Positions 29,015-38,568 of a DNA stretch of 64,000 nucleotides are shown piece by piece. The notes under the pieces were generated by a model. It had not been told where the DNA came from. It made no database searches and saw only the letters and a program-made list of their open reading frames with translations. Each line of letters opens with the position of its first letter. Positions within the stretch are counted from its first letter, which is position 1. This stretch comes from a virus. The translations under genes were made by a program, and so were the position numbers. Location of the stretch: the IMG/VR virus record IMGVR_UViG_3300013132_000023, positions 64,001 to 128,000 of that record; one strand, written 5' to 3'.

Positions 29015-30196
29015 ATGGGATTAATTGATGGCGATATCGTTCCGTCAGCAAGCGGAACGTCTCATCTTGGTGTTGAAGCCAGAGGGGCATCAAACTTTAG
29101 TATTGATAGTTTGGCCCCTTTTGGCCACATTCATCAATTGAGTGGTGTGTTCCATAATGAGAATGGAACATCTGGCGTTATTCGTTTTGGCATTTCTGCG
29201 TTTGAATTTTCTACAGACGGCGGCATAACGTTTTCTTCGCCTGCCGCCGTAGGCGGCGACAACCGTGACGTGTTATTCAATAACAATGGAGCTATTGCTG
29301 GCGATTCTCTCGGGCTTACGTTTGACGCAACACCCAATATATTGGGCGTTAGTGGAGCAATTCAAGTTGCTAAAACTGATCTAGTTAGAGAAAACTTTAC
29401 TTCCCCCGGTTCTGGTATTGTAGAACTTCGAGCTATTAACCTAGCCGAACGTCCCATGTTCGGTGCTAGTACGTCTGGTCAACAACTCCCATACTTTTTC
29501 CAGCCGTCTTTGTTTAGTAGATTTATATTTATGGCGTACACTTCTAATTCCACGACCATTTCTTCATATGGTAATTCTCTTACTAGCAACGGAACCGTTT
29601 CTCATCCTGCCGCAACTTCTGCTTCTGGTTTTATGGTAAATATTGTTTCTGCCGCGACCGCTAACTCGACTGCTTCTACAGGTAGCAACACTACGCAATT
29701 TGTTCGTGGTGCTTCTTCTGGAATGAATACTGGATTCTTCTATGCAACACGTATAACTCTACCTGATGCCAATCTTGATGCAGGTAGAGTTTTTGTTGGA
29801 TTAGTGAATGGTACTATGGTCTCTTCTGTTGCAGCAGATGACCCAGGTAACAATCACTGTGGATTTAGTTTTTCTACAATTCAAGCAAATCCAAAAAATT
29901 GGTTCTTTTCTACTAGAGATACTACAGCTAGATCAACCCAGGACACTGGTATTTCGTGCTCTGGCAATAGAATTTGGGACATGTATTTGTACTGCCCACC
30001 GGCACCAAACAACGAAGTAATTTACTGGACTCTTCGTGATGTTTCATGGAACAGATTGTCAAATGGGTATGCTATTAATAGACTACCTAATAAAGGATCT
30101 CTAATGAGAGCCGGAGTTGCTTTAAACAACATTACGGCAAGTGCTCGTAACATACGTTTCACGCACATTTATTGTGAATCCATTCCTTCATTTTAA
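29015..30196 (+). CDS. putative fibre/receptor-binding protein (paralog family)
   Basis: same N-terminal module; GG.N..V.FNNNG linker; distinct beta-rich C-terminal domain. Confidence 0.6.
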   Translation: MGLIDGDIVPSASGTSHLGVEARGASNFSIDSLAPFGHIHQLSGVFHNENGTSGVIRFGISAFEFSTDGGITFSSPAAVGGDNRDVLFNNNGAIAGDSLGLTFDATPNILGVSGAIQVAKTDLVRENFTSPGSGIVELRAINLAERPMFGASTSGQQLPYFFQPSLFSRFIFMAYTSNSTTISSYGNSLTSNGTVSHPAATSASGFMVNIVSAATANSTASTGSNTTQFVRGASSGMNTGFFYATRITLPDANLDAGRVFVGLVNGTMVSSVAADDPGNNHCGFSFSTIQANPKNWFFSTRDTTARSTQDTGISCSGNRIWDMYLYCPPAPNNEVIYWTLRDVSWNRLSNGYAINRLPNKGSLMRAGVALNNITASARNIRFTHIYCESIPSF

Positions 30197-30199
30197 TAC

Positions 30200-30982
30200 A
30201 TGGCACGAATAAACGGTGATCTTGTTCCCATTGGTAGCGGTCAAGCACACTTAGGTGTGAATGGCGGCCTTGGCGATGCTTTTGATATCACTACAGTATT
30301 GCCATTTGGTCACGTTCACATGAACTCTGGTGTCTGGCATGACCCCGTAACTGGTCAGTCGGGTGTTCTCAGATACAGTCAGGCCGCTAGTGCGTTTCAG
30401 GTTTCTATTGACGGCGGCAGAACATTTACTAATTTAGCCACGGGTGCCGGTGGGGTTTCGTCGGTTGGCGTTTTGGGTGGGGCAAACCTCACTGGCGACA
30501 TTGATCTTGCCTCGCAATCAAGTGGATTCATTGCAATTACCGACAACGGTGGTGCAAGTCCAGTCTTTTTTGCCGTTGATCATCTTGGTCTTTCTGGTCT
30601 TTGGAAATTTCCGGCCCAGGGATTCAACGGAAGTGTTGTTAATTCATTGACTGACTTCAACGGCACAACGTCTCAGGGTGCTATTAGTGTTGTTGGTGGT
30701 TCTGGCATTATTGCAGACATTGTTGGTCAGACATTGACGATTGCTTCAAACGTAAACTTAGCTTCGGTAGCACGCTGTTATTCTGAAATCATCTCTGTTG
30801 CGGTTACAGAGTGGGTTATTACACACAATCTTAATACTACAGCGGTAAGCATTTCTGTGTACGACAACAGTACTCCTCGTCAAGCGGTTTTTCCTGACAA
30901 AATCGAAACAACCAATGCCAATACTGTTACCATTTCTTTCAACGCTAGTCAAGCTGGATTCATTGTTATCATGGGGTGCTAA
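30200..30982 (+). CDS. putative fibre/decoration protein (paralog family)
   Basis: paralog of 28255..29013; C-terminal ITHNLNT domain. Confidence 0.65.
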   Translation: MARINGDLVPIGSGQAHLGVNGGLGDAFDITTVLPFGHVHMNSGVWHDPVTGQSGVLRYSQAASAFQVSIDGGRTFTNLATGAGGVSSVGVLGGANLTGDIDLASQSSGFIAITDNGGASPVFFAVDHLGLSGLWKFPAQGFNGSVVNSLTDFNGTTSQGAISVVGGSGIIADIVGQTLTIASNVNLASVARCYSEIISVAVTEWVITHNLNTTAVSISVYDNSTPRQAVFPDKIETTNANTVTISFNASQAGFIVIMGC

Positions 30983-32761
30983 ATGGCAACACGCGTAGGT
31001 GATCTATATCCTTTTTCTAGTGGTACTTCTAGTTTAGGGGTTGAAATGACGAACGGTAGTCCTACTAGGGACATCGTTCCGTTTAATGCTATACACGTCA
31101 ATAGCGGCATTTTTCACAACGTTAACGGTGGTTCTGGTGTTCTTCGTTATGGGGCCGTAAACAAGGTCATTGAATATTCAAATGACGGTGGTATTACGTT
31201 TTCGCCGCTTTCAATTAGCATGCAGGCCGCCTACGATGGTGGTAATGAAATCAGTTCTGATAAAATCGGTGGTATTAGTCGTGGGGTTGTCTTTAAAGAC
31301 AGAAGCAGATCATTGTTGTATCCAACATGGTTTGATCTTAGCAATAAAGACTTTGCTATCGCCGTTAGTGGTTTTGCGTTAGATCAAAACGATCCTAATC
31401 GAGCACACTTACTAAGAATTGCGTCAAATGGTATACTTGTACGAGGATCTGGTGTAGATATTTCACAACAAACACCATCAGAATTGTTCATGGGATATCT
31501 TAATGATGGTCCTGGCGGTATCAATTCTCAAAACAGTGTGCCTATTATTCTAGGTAGTGGTGCTCTTGGTTTATACGTTATTGCAGTAAATGGACTATCT
31601 ATGGCAGTGCCTGATGGTCCTTCTGTAATGAATTTTGGTGGTGGTGTAGCGATTGGTGTTGAAGGCAACGTTACGCTTGATAACGGTGGAGGAGATTTTG
31701 TAATTGATATTTCTGCTGGTCAAACACTTACATTAGATTGTGATACTGGTGATGTTACAAGTAGACCATTTCAAAATTTTCAGTTTGATGCTTTTAATGG
31801 TAGTGGTCGTTTAACTTATCGTTTTGGTCCACACGAAGGATGGGCCTGGAAGCCTAGTTACGCAAGTACCGGAGGTACCGCTAATGATGGCTTTTTCCCG
31901 ATTCCTCACTCGGGACAAATCCAGTCGATGATCAAGCTACAGACTGCATACGAAAACGACAATGCTGTTTTGACAACTACGGCTCAAGGTGGTCCACTGT
32001 CTATTAATGGCAGTGGTACGGCGGCATTGTTCTTATCTGTAAGTCCTAGCGGTGGTGTACATCTGTCACTTTCTGGCGTACCGAATTCGCCATCTAGTTT
32101 TTCAAATGTCGGCGATTTGTTCCTTGCAAACCACAGTTACAATCTTGGCGACCCGTTCCTCGTCAGTGTAACTCCTGGTGCGTTGCAAGCGTCTTCACCT
32201 GGATTGCCAACACTTTGGCTACATGCCGGTTCTTCTGGTATTGTATCGATCCGAACAGGATCGGGCATTATGCAGTGTTTTAATACCGTTGCATCACCAA
32301 GCGTTTCCGGTGCTGGTTTTTTTGTGAGTATTCCCGTAATTGGTCAAACGAATCCAGATAGATACTACAGACCAGTTCCAAACAGTAGTGGTATTCGTAT
32401 TGATGTTGAAGGTTTATATCGTATTACCTATACTGTTAGTCTTTTGAAGACAATTGGTACGAGTGGTCAACAGTGTAATACTGAACTTCGTTTGTTTGAC
32501 TTGGTACGTGATCAATATCGCATTCTTGGTAGTCAGTCATACGCTCAAGTGTTTGATGCTGACTCTTTAAATCGCAATACAGCAAACGGTCAGGCTGTTC
32601 TTGATCTTAATGCAAATGAAATTGTTGGATTGTTTGTTCAAGCATCTGTTGACCCAACTCCTAACGATGCATTTATTATTCCATCTAGAGCTGCTAATAT
32701 AATTTTTGAATACCTTGGTCCTATGCGTGGTAACACATCTACGAGAGACTTAATCACATGA
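30983..32761 (+). CDS. putative fibre protein with C1q/BclA-like C-terminal head
   Basis: shared N-terminal module; C-terminal I...GLYRITYTV...LDLNANEIVGL pattern. Confidence 0.6.
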   Translation: MATRVGDLYPFSSGTSSLGVEMTNGSPTRDIVPFNAIHVNSGIFHNVNGGSGVLRYGAVNKVIEYSNDGGITFSPLSISMQAAYDGGNEISSDKIGGISRGVVFKDRSRSLLYPTWFDLSNKDFAIAVSGFALDQNDPNRAHLLRIASNGILVRGSGVDISQQTPSELFMGYLNDGPGGINSQNSVPIILGSGALGLYVIAVNGLSMAVPDGPSVMNFGGGVAIGVEGNVTLDNGGGDFVIDISAGQTLTLDCDTGDVTSRPFQNFQFDAFNGSGRLTYRFGPHEGWAWKPSYASTGGTANDGFFPIPHSGQIQSMIKLQTAYENDNAVLTTTAQGGPLSINGSGTAALFLSVSPSGGVHLSLSGVPNSPSSFSNVGDLFLANHSYNLGDPFLVSVTPGALQASSPGLPTLWLHAGSSGIVSIRTGSGIMQCFNTVASPSVSGAGFFVSIPVIGQTNPDRYYRPVPNSSGIRIDVEGLYRITYTVSLLKTIGTSGQQCNTELRLFDLVRDQYRILGSQSYAQVFDADSLNRNTANGQAVLDLNANEIVGLFVQASVDPTPNDAFIIPSRAANIIFEYLGPMRGNTSTRDLIT

Positions 32762-33087
32762 TGTTAATACTCCAAGCTGTTTCTGAAACCGCAACTCAGA
32801 ACTTCGTGCAGCAGCTTTTTGAGCAGTACGGAGTTATGGGGCTCGTGTTTGGTGTTCTGTTATTCTTGATCATGCGTCAAAATAAGTCTTCGCAAAAGAG
32901 AATTGAAGACTTAGAAAACGCCCAACAGAGCCAGCACATGGCCCATATTGAAACGCAAAAGCAAATGATTGCTGATTACGTAGAGCTAGTAAGAAACAAA
33001 ACGCGAGTCCTGGCGGATCTCACGAATTGCTTGAATGCAATCAAAGATACTCTAGAACGTCTAGAGCGTAAGCATGAAAAAGACTAA
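32758..33087 (+). CDS. putative holin-like membrane protein
   Basis: single TM (YGVMGLVFGVLLFLIM) followed by coiled coil; last gene of the + block. Confidence 0.5.
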   Translation: MMLILQAVSETATQNFVQQLFEQYGVMGLVFGVLLFLIMRQNKSSQKRIEDLENAQQSQHMAHIETQKQMIADYVELVRNKTRVLADLTNCLNAIKDTLERLERKHEKD

Positions 33088-33332
33088 ATGATCTCTGGCG
33101 TGGGACCACCACGCTGAGTCTGCTTTGTTTTGCGGGCTTGATCTGCTGCCATAGACGCAGCGGGCGTCATGATCGCTGCACCAAACGGCTTTCTTTCAGG
33201 ACGTTGAAAAAAGGCCAAGAGTTCTGCTCGAATCTCTGAACGAACCTCGGACGGTACATTGTACTGTTCAAGACGTTCACGCAGGATGCGGTCAACGGTG
33301 GTCGAAATGTCGGTGCTCTTATCTGTTGCCAT
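33084..33332 (-). CDS. hypothetical protein
   Basis: GGAG RBS before ATG 33332. Confidence 0.6.
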   Translation of the reverse strand: MATDKSTDISTTVDRILRERLEQYNVPSEVRSEIRAELLAFFQRPERKPFGAAIMTPAASMAADQARKTKQTQRGGPTPEII

Positions 33333-33837
33333 TGTTGTCTCCAAACCAGTGGTCGCGGAATCTTTGTAGACGGCTCTTTTTGGCGACCACTTGAGCCGTC
33401 TGCCTTTGTTCTGCTTGTCGTTCTATGATTTGTTCTAGCGTACGATGATCAATTGATCGCAACATACTGCCATGTGTTTCTTGCAAGGCTTGACGTACGT
33501 CCGTGGCTGATTTTTTGCGGAAGAAAATTACAGCCTTAATACGCGGAATGATGTTTCGTTTTAAGATCTCAAGCCACTTAGCGTTGATTTCGTCTAACGG
33601 CGAAATGTTGCCGTTGATTTCGTCAATGATTCGAGTTGCACCATATACCATTACTTCTTCTTGAATGTTTGCCTCTATGATTTCCTCAAGAGCCAAATAG
33701 AGTATTTTGTACTCGTGGTGCAAAGGCAAGAAAACGCGATTTCCACTAACATTTAGAGCCGGGAAGCAGCTTCGAGATATCTCGATACCCTCCCCGGCTA
33801 CATAATAACCGTCTTCCGAGAAGAAGACCCTAATCAT
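33319..33837 (-). CDS. degenerate RNase H-like protein
   Basis: EY..L..AL.......V.VYG(A)T.II..ING pattern with catalytic Asp replaced. Confidence 0.45.
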   Translation of the reverse strand: MIRVFFSEDGYYVAGEGIEISRSCFPALNVSGNRVFLPLHHEYKILYLALEEIIEANIQEEVMVYGATRIIDEINGNISPLDEINAKWLEILKRNIIPRIKAVIFFRKKSATDVRQALQETHGSMLRSIDHRTLEQIIERQAEQRQTAQVVAKKSRLQRFRDHWFGDNNGNR

Positions 33838-34376
33838 AGAAGCTTGCCGTTGTATTGAGCTTCTAGTCGCTGAGCTTCTTCGACCTCTTCAACAGTAACA
33901 ACTGCTGTCGAGCGTAGTGCTTGTGCTACAATGGTTAGAATGTCCTTGGTACGTGGCGACCATGCAACAAGTCCGGTTGTGGGATCAAGCCAGTCTAAAG
34001 CACCACGACTAATGAGTTCTTGCTCAACGATCACAAGCAGAAGTTCAATTTCGTCATTGGTAAGACCAGACTTTTCAAGAGCGTCTTTGATAAAAGACTT
34101 GCCGCCTGGAACTACACTTTGATCACGTAGTGTTTCGAGAACAGTTGCCGTTAATTCAACTTCCTCTGCCGACACGGCTCCTTCGTCAATCAGTCTATTG
34201 GCTCCGATCTTAACGCCAAGCTGGAGGTACAACTTCCACTTGTTAAAATCAAGATCTGACATTTGCTCTATCGCTTGAATGCCATTACCACCACCAGTAC
34301 TTACGCATCCAACGAGCGAGGCACTGCCTAGTGCAACAATTAAAACCAACGGTGCAATTAATTTGTTAACAAACAT
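33834..34376 (-). CDS. putative lipoprotein
   Basis: hydrophobic signal ending in lipobox-like LVGC. Confidence 0.6.
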   Translation of the reverse strand: MFVNKLIAPLVLIVALGSASLVGCVSTGGGNGIQAIEQMSDLDFNKWKLYLQLGVKIGANRLIDEGAVSAEEVELTATVLETLRDQSVVPGGKSFIKDALEKSGLTNDEIELLLVIVEQELISRGALDWLDPTTGLVAWSPRTKDILTIVAQALRSTAVVTVEEVEEAQRLEAQYNGKLL

Positions 34377-34386
34377 TTCATGTCTC

Positions 34387-34950
34387 CTATTGAGTTATTT
34401 CCCGAACACGCACGTCGGGATCTGCTATCTTACCTGCCATAAATGATTTTCTTTCTTCTGCCGTCATTTCTGGAACGCGTGTTCGGCAATCATTACACAG
34501 TCTGTAAATCGAACGCTTACCTCCCTTGAGTGTCGTTTGAATGCGGCCTTTGTTTAGGTGCCGACATCCATTAGTACTCTTGGGTGCTCCTAATGGCTCT
34601 GCCAATATTTCTTCTTCTGGCTCTTGTCTTTGTTCGTCACTTATGACGCCAGCTTCTTTTAGTTCGGCTCGCTTGTCAGCAACGAATGACGCGTCATCTG
34701 CTTCTAGGTCTCCAAGTGTTCGAGGCTTATTGCTTTCTACTTCTCTTGAAAACGTAGTAGTACCAAATGACCAATCAGCCGATAGTTTTGGACCGCCAAC
34801 AAGTTGTTGTTCAAGTTTGTTGGCGGCATCAGCCGATAGTTCGTAGGTGCGGCCCTTTTTGCCATTGCGTGTAATAGTAATCTTGACGGTTTCGTCAGGA
34901 TCATATTCAAGCTTAGTTAGGTCACACTCTTGAATTACTCTCTTGCCCAT
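34387..34950 (-). CDS. hypothetical protein with Lsr2-like N-terminus and C-terminal Zn motif
   Basis: MGKRVIQECDL...DETV...TYELS...A.KL; C.H...C..C. Confidence 0.5.
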   Translation of the reverse strand: MGKRVIQECDLTKLEYDPDETVKITITRNGKKGRTYELSADAANKLEQQLVGGPKLSADWSFGTTTFSREVESNKPRTLGDLEADDASFVADKRAELKEAGVISDEQRQEPEEEILAEPLGAPKSTNGCRHLNKGRIQTTLKGGKRSIYRLCNDCRTRVPEMTAEERKSFMAGKIADPDVRVREITQ

Positions 34951-35615
34951 TTGTCGTATTCCTTATACGCTTGAATTACGTCTCGCACGAATTGACTTCT
35001 TTGAATGGTTTCAACGTTGTTCATTTCAATGATACCAACGTTGGGAACGTTAGTTAATACGTTCATGGCTTGTACTAAAGCACTGTCTCTTGGGTCAATG
35101 TCACATTGATCCATGTCGCCAGCAATTACCATTTTACAGCATTTGCCAACACGAGTTAGAATCATCTTCATTGCATCGCCATCTAGAGGAACGTTTTGAG
35201 CTTCTTCTACAATGACGAAACAATTGTTGAACGATCTACCACGGCACATGCTTAAAACTGTGAACTCAATACTTTGATCGATGATCTGTTGAATGTCTTG
35301 TTCGTTCAAACCAAGTTCACGCAGATTATCAACGATTGATAAAACGTATGGTGCAACTTTTTCACTCAGTGACCCAGGCAAAAAGCCAAGTTTTTCTCCT
35401 GTATTTGATTGCATATATGGTCGAATAATGACAATTCGCTGAATGCCACCACGCTTAGGAGAGCGTCTAAGCATATCAACTGCTTCTCCAAGAGCCAGAA
35501 ATGTCTTACCTGTACCAGCTAGACCGGCACATATTGTAACAACATTCTGTCTAATTGACGCTACGTATTCTTCTTGTCCGGGTTTAACTTGAGGTTGAAT
35601 GAAGTTTGTAATCAC
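34935..35615 (-). CDS. phoH: PhoH family ATPase
   Basis: GLAGTGKT, LGFLPG, RGRSF, EEAQN, GD..Q.D, QRS; probable GTG start after GGGAG. Confidence 0.9.
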   Translation of the reverse strand: MITNFIQPQVKPGQEEYVASIRQNVVTICAGLAGTGKTFLALGEAVDMLRRSPKRGGIQRIVIIRPYMQSNTGEKLGFLPGSLSEKVAPYVLSIVDNLRELGLNEQDIQQIIDQSIEFTVLSMCRGRSFNNCFVIVEEAQNVPLDGDAMKMILTRVGKCCKMVIAGDMDQCDIDPRDSALVQAMNVLTNVPNVGIIEMNNVETIQRSQFVRDVIQAYKEYDKWARE

Positions 35616-35616
35616 G

Positions 35617-36258
35617 TTACTCCCTATTTGCTCGTCTTGCAGCCCGAGCACGCTTGTTTTTTGCACGTCTATGTGCAATAACCTTCTGACGATGGGGGGT
35701 GATCTTCATGCCAAACGAAGTGCGACTAGGCTGTTTGGCAGCTCTCTCTTCCATGTGTTCTGTGATTAGCTTACCATTTAGGTGATCCATTTCGTGCATA
35801 ACCGCACGAGCCCAGAATCCCGTAAAGATTTCGCGTTGCAAATCGCCATTGATATCCATGTATTCAAGCAACAGCTTTTTTGGACGTTCAAATTGACCTA
35901 CAAAATGAGGCAACGATAAACACGCTTCTGCGTCAAGCTTGGTCTCTTTACTGCGAGACACTACTACCGGATTGATGTACGCAGTATTAAACGCTTCGCC
36001 GTTTTCATTTTTGCCATTACGAAGCAAGAAAATACGACGTGGATAGCCAACCTGGATTGCCGCTAAACCGGCAGCTTGATCGTTCAAATGATCAAGTATG
36101 GCATCCATTAAAGCAATCGCCTGTTCGTCTTCTGCCGACAGTGGCAACGAACACGGCTGAGACGGCATTTCAAGTAGTGGCCAACGCTCCGGGTCTCCCG
36201 GTGTAATGATAGGATTCTGTACTGCCTGCGTTTCGGACTTCACTTCTTCGTTTGTCAT
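35617..36258 (-). CDS. def: peptide deformylase
   Basis: GLAAIQ, EACLS, HEMDHLNG; basic C-terminal tail. Confidence 0.92.
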   Translation of the reverse strand: MTNEEVKSETQAVQNPIITPGDPERWPLLEMPSQPCSLPLSAEDEQAIALMDAILDHLNDQAAGLAAIQVGYPRRIFLLRNGKNENGEAFNTAYINPVVVSRSKETKLDAEACLSLPHFVGQFERPKKLLLEYMDINGDLQREIFTGFWARAVMHEMDHLNGKLITEHMEERAAKQPSRTSFGMKITPHRQKVIAHRRAKNKRARAARRANRE

Positions 36259-37025
36259 GATAGTAGTTCGTATCCAGTTTTGGTCACAAGAAGACATCTT
36301 TCTGTGTGGGCCGCCAAAAGACCATCGCTTTTACGCACAGTCCACGAGTCTTCGTCAAGAATTATATCACTTGATCCATAAGTTGTCACTGGTTCAATGC
36401 AAATTGTTTGCCCTTCTTTTAAGCACAAACGAGCATACTTCTTACGTTCTAATGCCTGCTTGATTTGGCTTTGATTTCTATTAATGCCGCTTGGAATAAA
36501 AGGATCAATGTGAATGCGTTCGCCAATTCTGTGTCCACCCCATTGACTCATGATGGTTATACCATATTGATCAGCCACCTTTTCAGATACTTCGACCAAC
36601 TCTAGGAAAGTACACTCATCTTTGATTACAGATAGCTGAGCATTCAATATTGCGTCTGTGGCTTCTATTAGATACTCTGCCTTTTGGTTTGTTCCAATAA
36701 CACGCGACCGGGCTGAATCTACGAACCACCCATTATATTCAGTTCCAGTGTCAATAGTTAATAGGTCACCGTCCTTTATGATGTAATCCCCTGGAACGCC
36801 ATGAACAACTACATCGTTGGGACTAATACAGGCCGCTGCTGGAAACGGCTTCTCTGAACCCAGAGGTTGATAGTTTTTAAACGCTGGACGACAACGATTT
36901 TCTACAATGAAACGCTCAATTGCTTCATTGACGGCACGTAAGGTTGCACCAGGAACAGCAGCTTTAAAACCATGTTCAATAGCTCCACGGTTTACGAACC
37001 CCGCATAACGCATGTTCTCTATCAT
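36255..37025 (-). CDS. map: methionine aminopeptidase (type I)
   Basis: CISPN..VVHGVP, ID.G...DSA, GH.IG..IH, IEP, HTE metal ligands. Confidence 0.9.
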   Translation of the reverse strand: MIENMRYAGFVNRGAIEHGFKAAVPGATLRAVNEAIERFIVENRCRPAFKNYQPLGSEKPFPAAACISPNDVVVHGVPGDYIIKDGDLLTIDTGTEYNGWFVDSARSRVIGTNQKAEYLIEATDAILNAQLSVIKDECTFLELVEVSEKVADQYGITIMSQWGGHRIGERIHIDPFIPSGINRNQSQIKQALERKKYARLCLKEGQTICIEPVTTYGSSDIILDEDSWTVRKSDGLLAAHTERCLLVTKTGYELLS

Positions 37026-37624
37026 ATTGTAACTCTACGATTCTTTTCAAGCCAATCTTTAACCAAATTCCAATGCGGTAATGTAGTGTGATATGCACGC
37101 TCTGGAGAACGTAAGTGATAGCTCGGATGATAGGTCACTAGTACTTTTGCAACGTGTCCATGAAAGCCATAGTTCAACCATTCGCCTTTTATGTTTTCTG
37201 GAAAGTACTTACTAAGGGCTCCCTTGATAGGTTCTCCCATGAACTGATGCATGGCGACGCGACCCAAGACAATAATGAGTTGTGGCTTTAACAGACTGAT
37301 CTGTAAATCGAGTCGCCACTTGCATGCATTGAGTTCTTCGCCACGAGGATCTCGATTGTTTGGAGTACGACACAATACGGCATTTGTAATGTACACGTCT
37401 TCTCTGGTGACACCGACGTACTTGAGAATCTTGTCAAGCTTTTCCCCAGCTTTGCTGACAAAAGGAACGCCCTGGGCGTCTTCTTCGTCAGTTGGGGCTT
37501 CGCCAATGATCATGATTTGAGGCTGGGTGCTTCCGGATCCAAATACTATCTGTGTACGAGTGTGACACAAGTCACACGAGCCACAGTTTTTCATTTGTTC
37601 GCGTAAAACGTCAAGCTGTTCCAT
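37022..37624 (-). CDS. uracil-DNA glycosylase family 4
   Basis: C..C.LC, IGEAP..EED, TNAVLCR.P.NR.P, TYHPS. Confidence 0.9.
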   Translation of the reverse strand: MEQLDVLREQMKNCGSCDLCHTRTQIVFGSGSTQPQIMIIGEAPTDEEDAQGVPFVSKAGEKLDKILKYVGVTREDVYITNAVLCRTPNNRDPRGEELNACKWRLDLQISLLKPQLIIVLGRVAMHQFMGEPIKGALSKYFPENIKGEWLNYGFHGHVAKVLVTYHPSYHLRSPERAYHTTLPHWNLVKDWLEKNRRVTI

Positions 37625-37626
37625 GT

Positions 37627-38568
37627 TTACAGGTGTCCAATAAACAGTTCACTTGTCCAATTTCCTCTTTGCTTTCGTTGTAGCGACGCACCGCAAAGAT
37701 CTAGGGTATTGGCCATGTCGTCAGCGTACGATACAATTTTACCCTCTAGAGTATGGATTTTCTCCAGGGGATTGCACATATTCTCTAGTGCTTGGCGTTT
37801 AGCCAATGGAATGGTTATTTGTAGATCTTTTTCGCATTCAATCATCAAACGATCTATGTACTTGACGCTTGCACCCTGAATGCCGGTCATGAGATACACG
37901 TCACGAGTACGCAACTCGTTGTCACGAAATTCGGTAGCTTCTACCCAGCCAACGTTACGTAGCAAGCATCCAGCAATAACTAATGATGACGAAAAGGGAA
38001 CCTCAAGTTCCGTAGCTTGCTTGTTGGCAATCTTGCAGAACCGCAACGCATGAACAACGTGTACTAGTAGTCCCCCGTGGTAAGTCATTGGACCAACCAA
38101 ACCATACGGAGAACTCTTTAAAGCACTTAGTAGATTTAGTTTATGTATAGCACTACATACAACATCGCGATATACCGGATCTTCAATGTCTAGTACTGAT
38201 TCTTCTGCTTCGCTGGCGTAATGAACCAATAGACTTTCACTGACGCCTTTAATGTAATCGTGCTTATTGATTGGCGTTTCGTTAAGCGGTCTAATGTCGT
38301 ACGCCTGGGCGTGAAACTCCATGTTTCCTCGATACAGCTTTGTGTCGAGACGAATAATTGCATACTGTCCTTCGGACAAGTTGTCGGCGTAGCCCCAAAT
38401 TACGCCTTGAATGTCACCAGTTACGTCACGAAGCGTAACAAGGGCGAACGTCTTGCCGTTTCCTGTCTTCATGCGATCATTGTGATTGATCGCTGCAATC
38501 AAAAACGTTTGCTCGTACGTTTGACCAGCTTCTAACGTTTTAATCGGCGTGTATGTTTCAACGGTCAT
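37627..38568 (-). CDS. YhaM-like OB-fold + degenerate HD-domain protein
   Basis: L.D.TG.I....W OB fold; GGLLVH; LLRNVG where LLHDIG is expected; EG.IV..AD. Confidence 0.7.
   Translation of the reverse strand: MTVETYTPIKTLEAGQTYEQTFLIAAINHNDRMKTGNGKTFALVTLRDVTGDIQGVIWGYADNLSEGQYAIIRLDTKLYRGNMEFHAQAYDIRPLNETPINKHDYIKGVSESLLVHYASEAEESVLDIEDPVYRDVVCSAIHKLNLLSALKSSPYGLVGPMTYHGGLLVHVVHALRFCKIANKQATELEVPFSSSLVIAGCLLRNVGWVEATEFRDNELRTRDVYLMTGIQGASVKYIDRLMIECEKDLQITIPLAKRQALENMCNPLEKIHTLEGKIVSYADDMANTLDLCGASLQRKQRGNWTSELFIGHL

Larger units (their letters stand above)
28255..30982 (+). repeat. recent gene duplication (28255..29013 vs 30200..30982)
   Basis: near-identical peptides, e.g. FAVDHLGLSGLW(R/K)FPAQGFN, and alignable DNA differing mostly at third positions. 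Confidence 0.8.
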
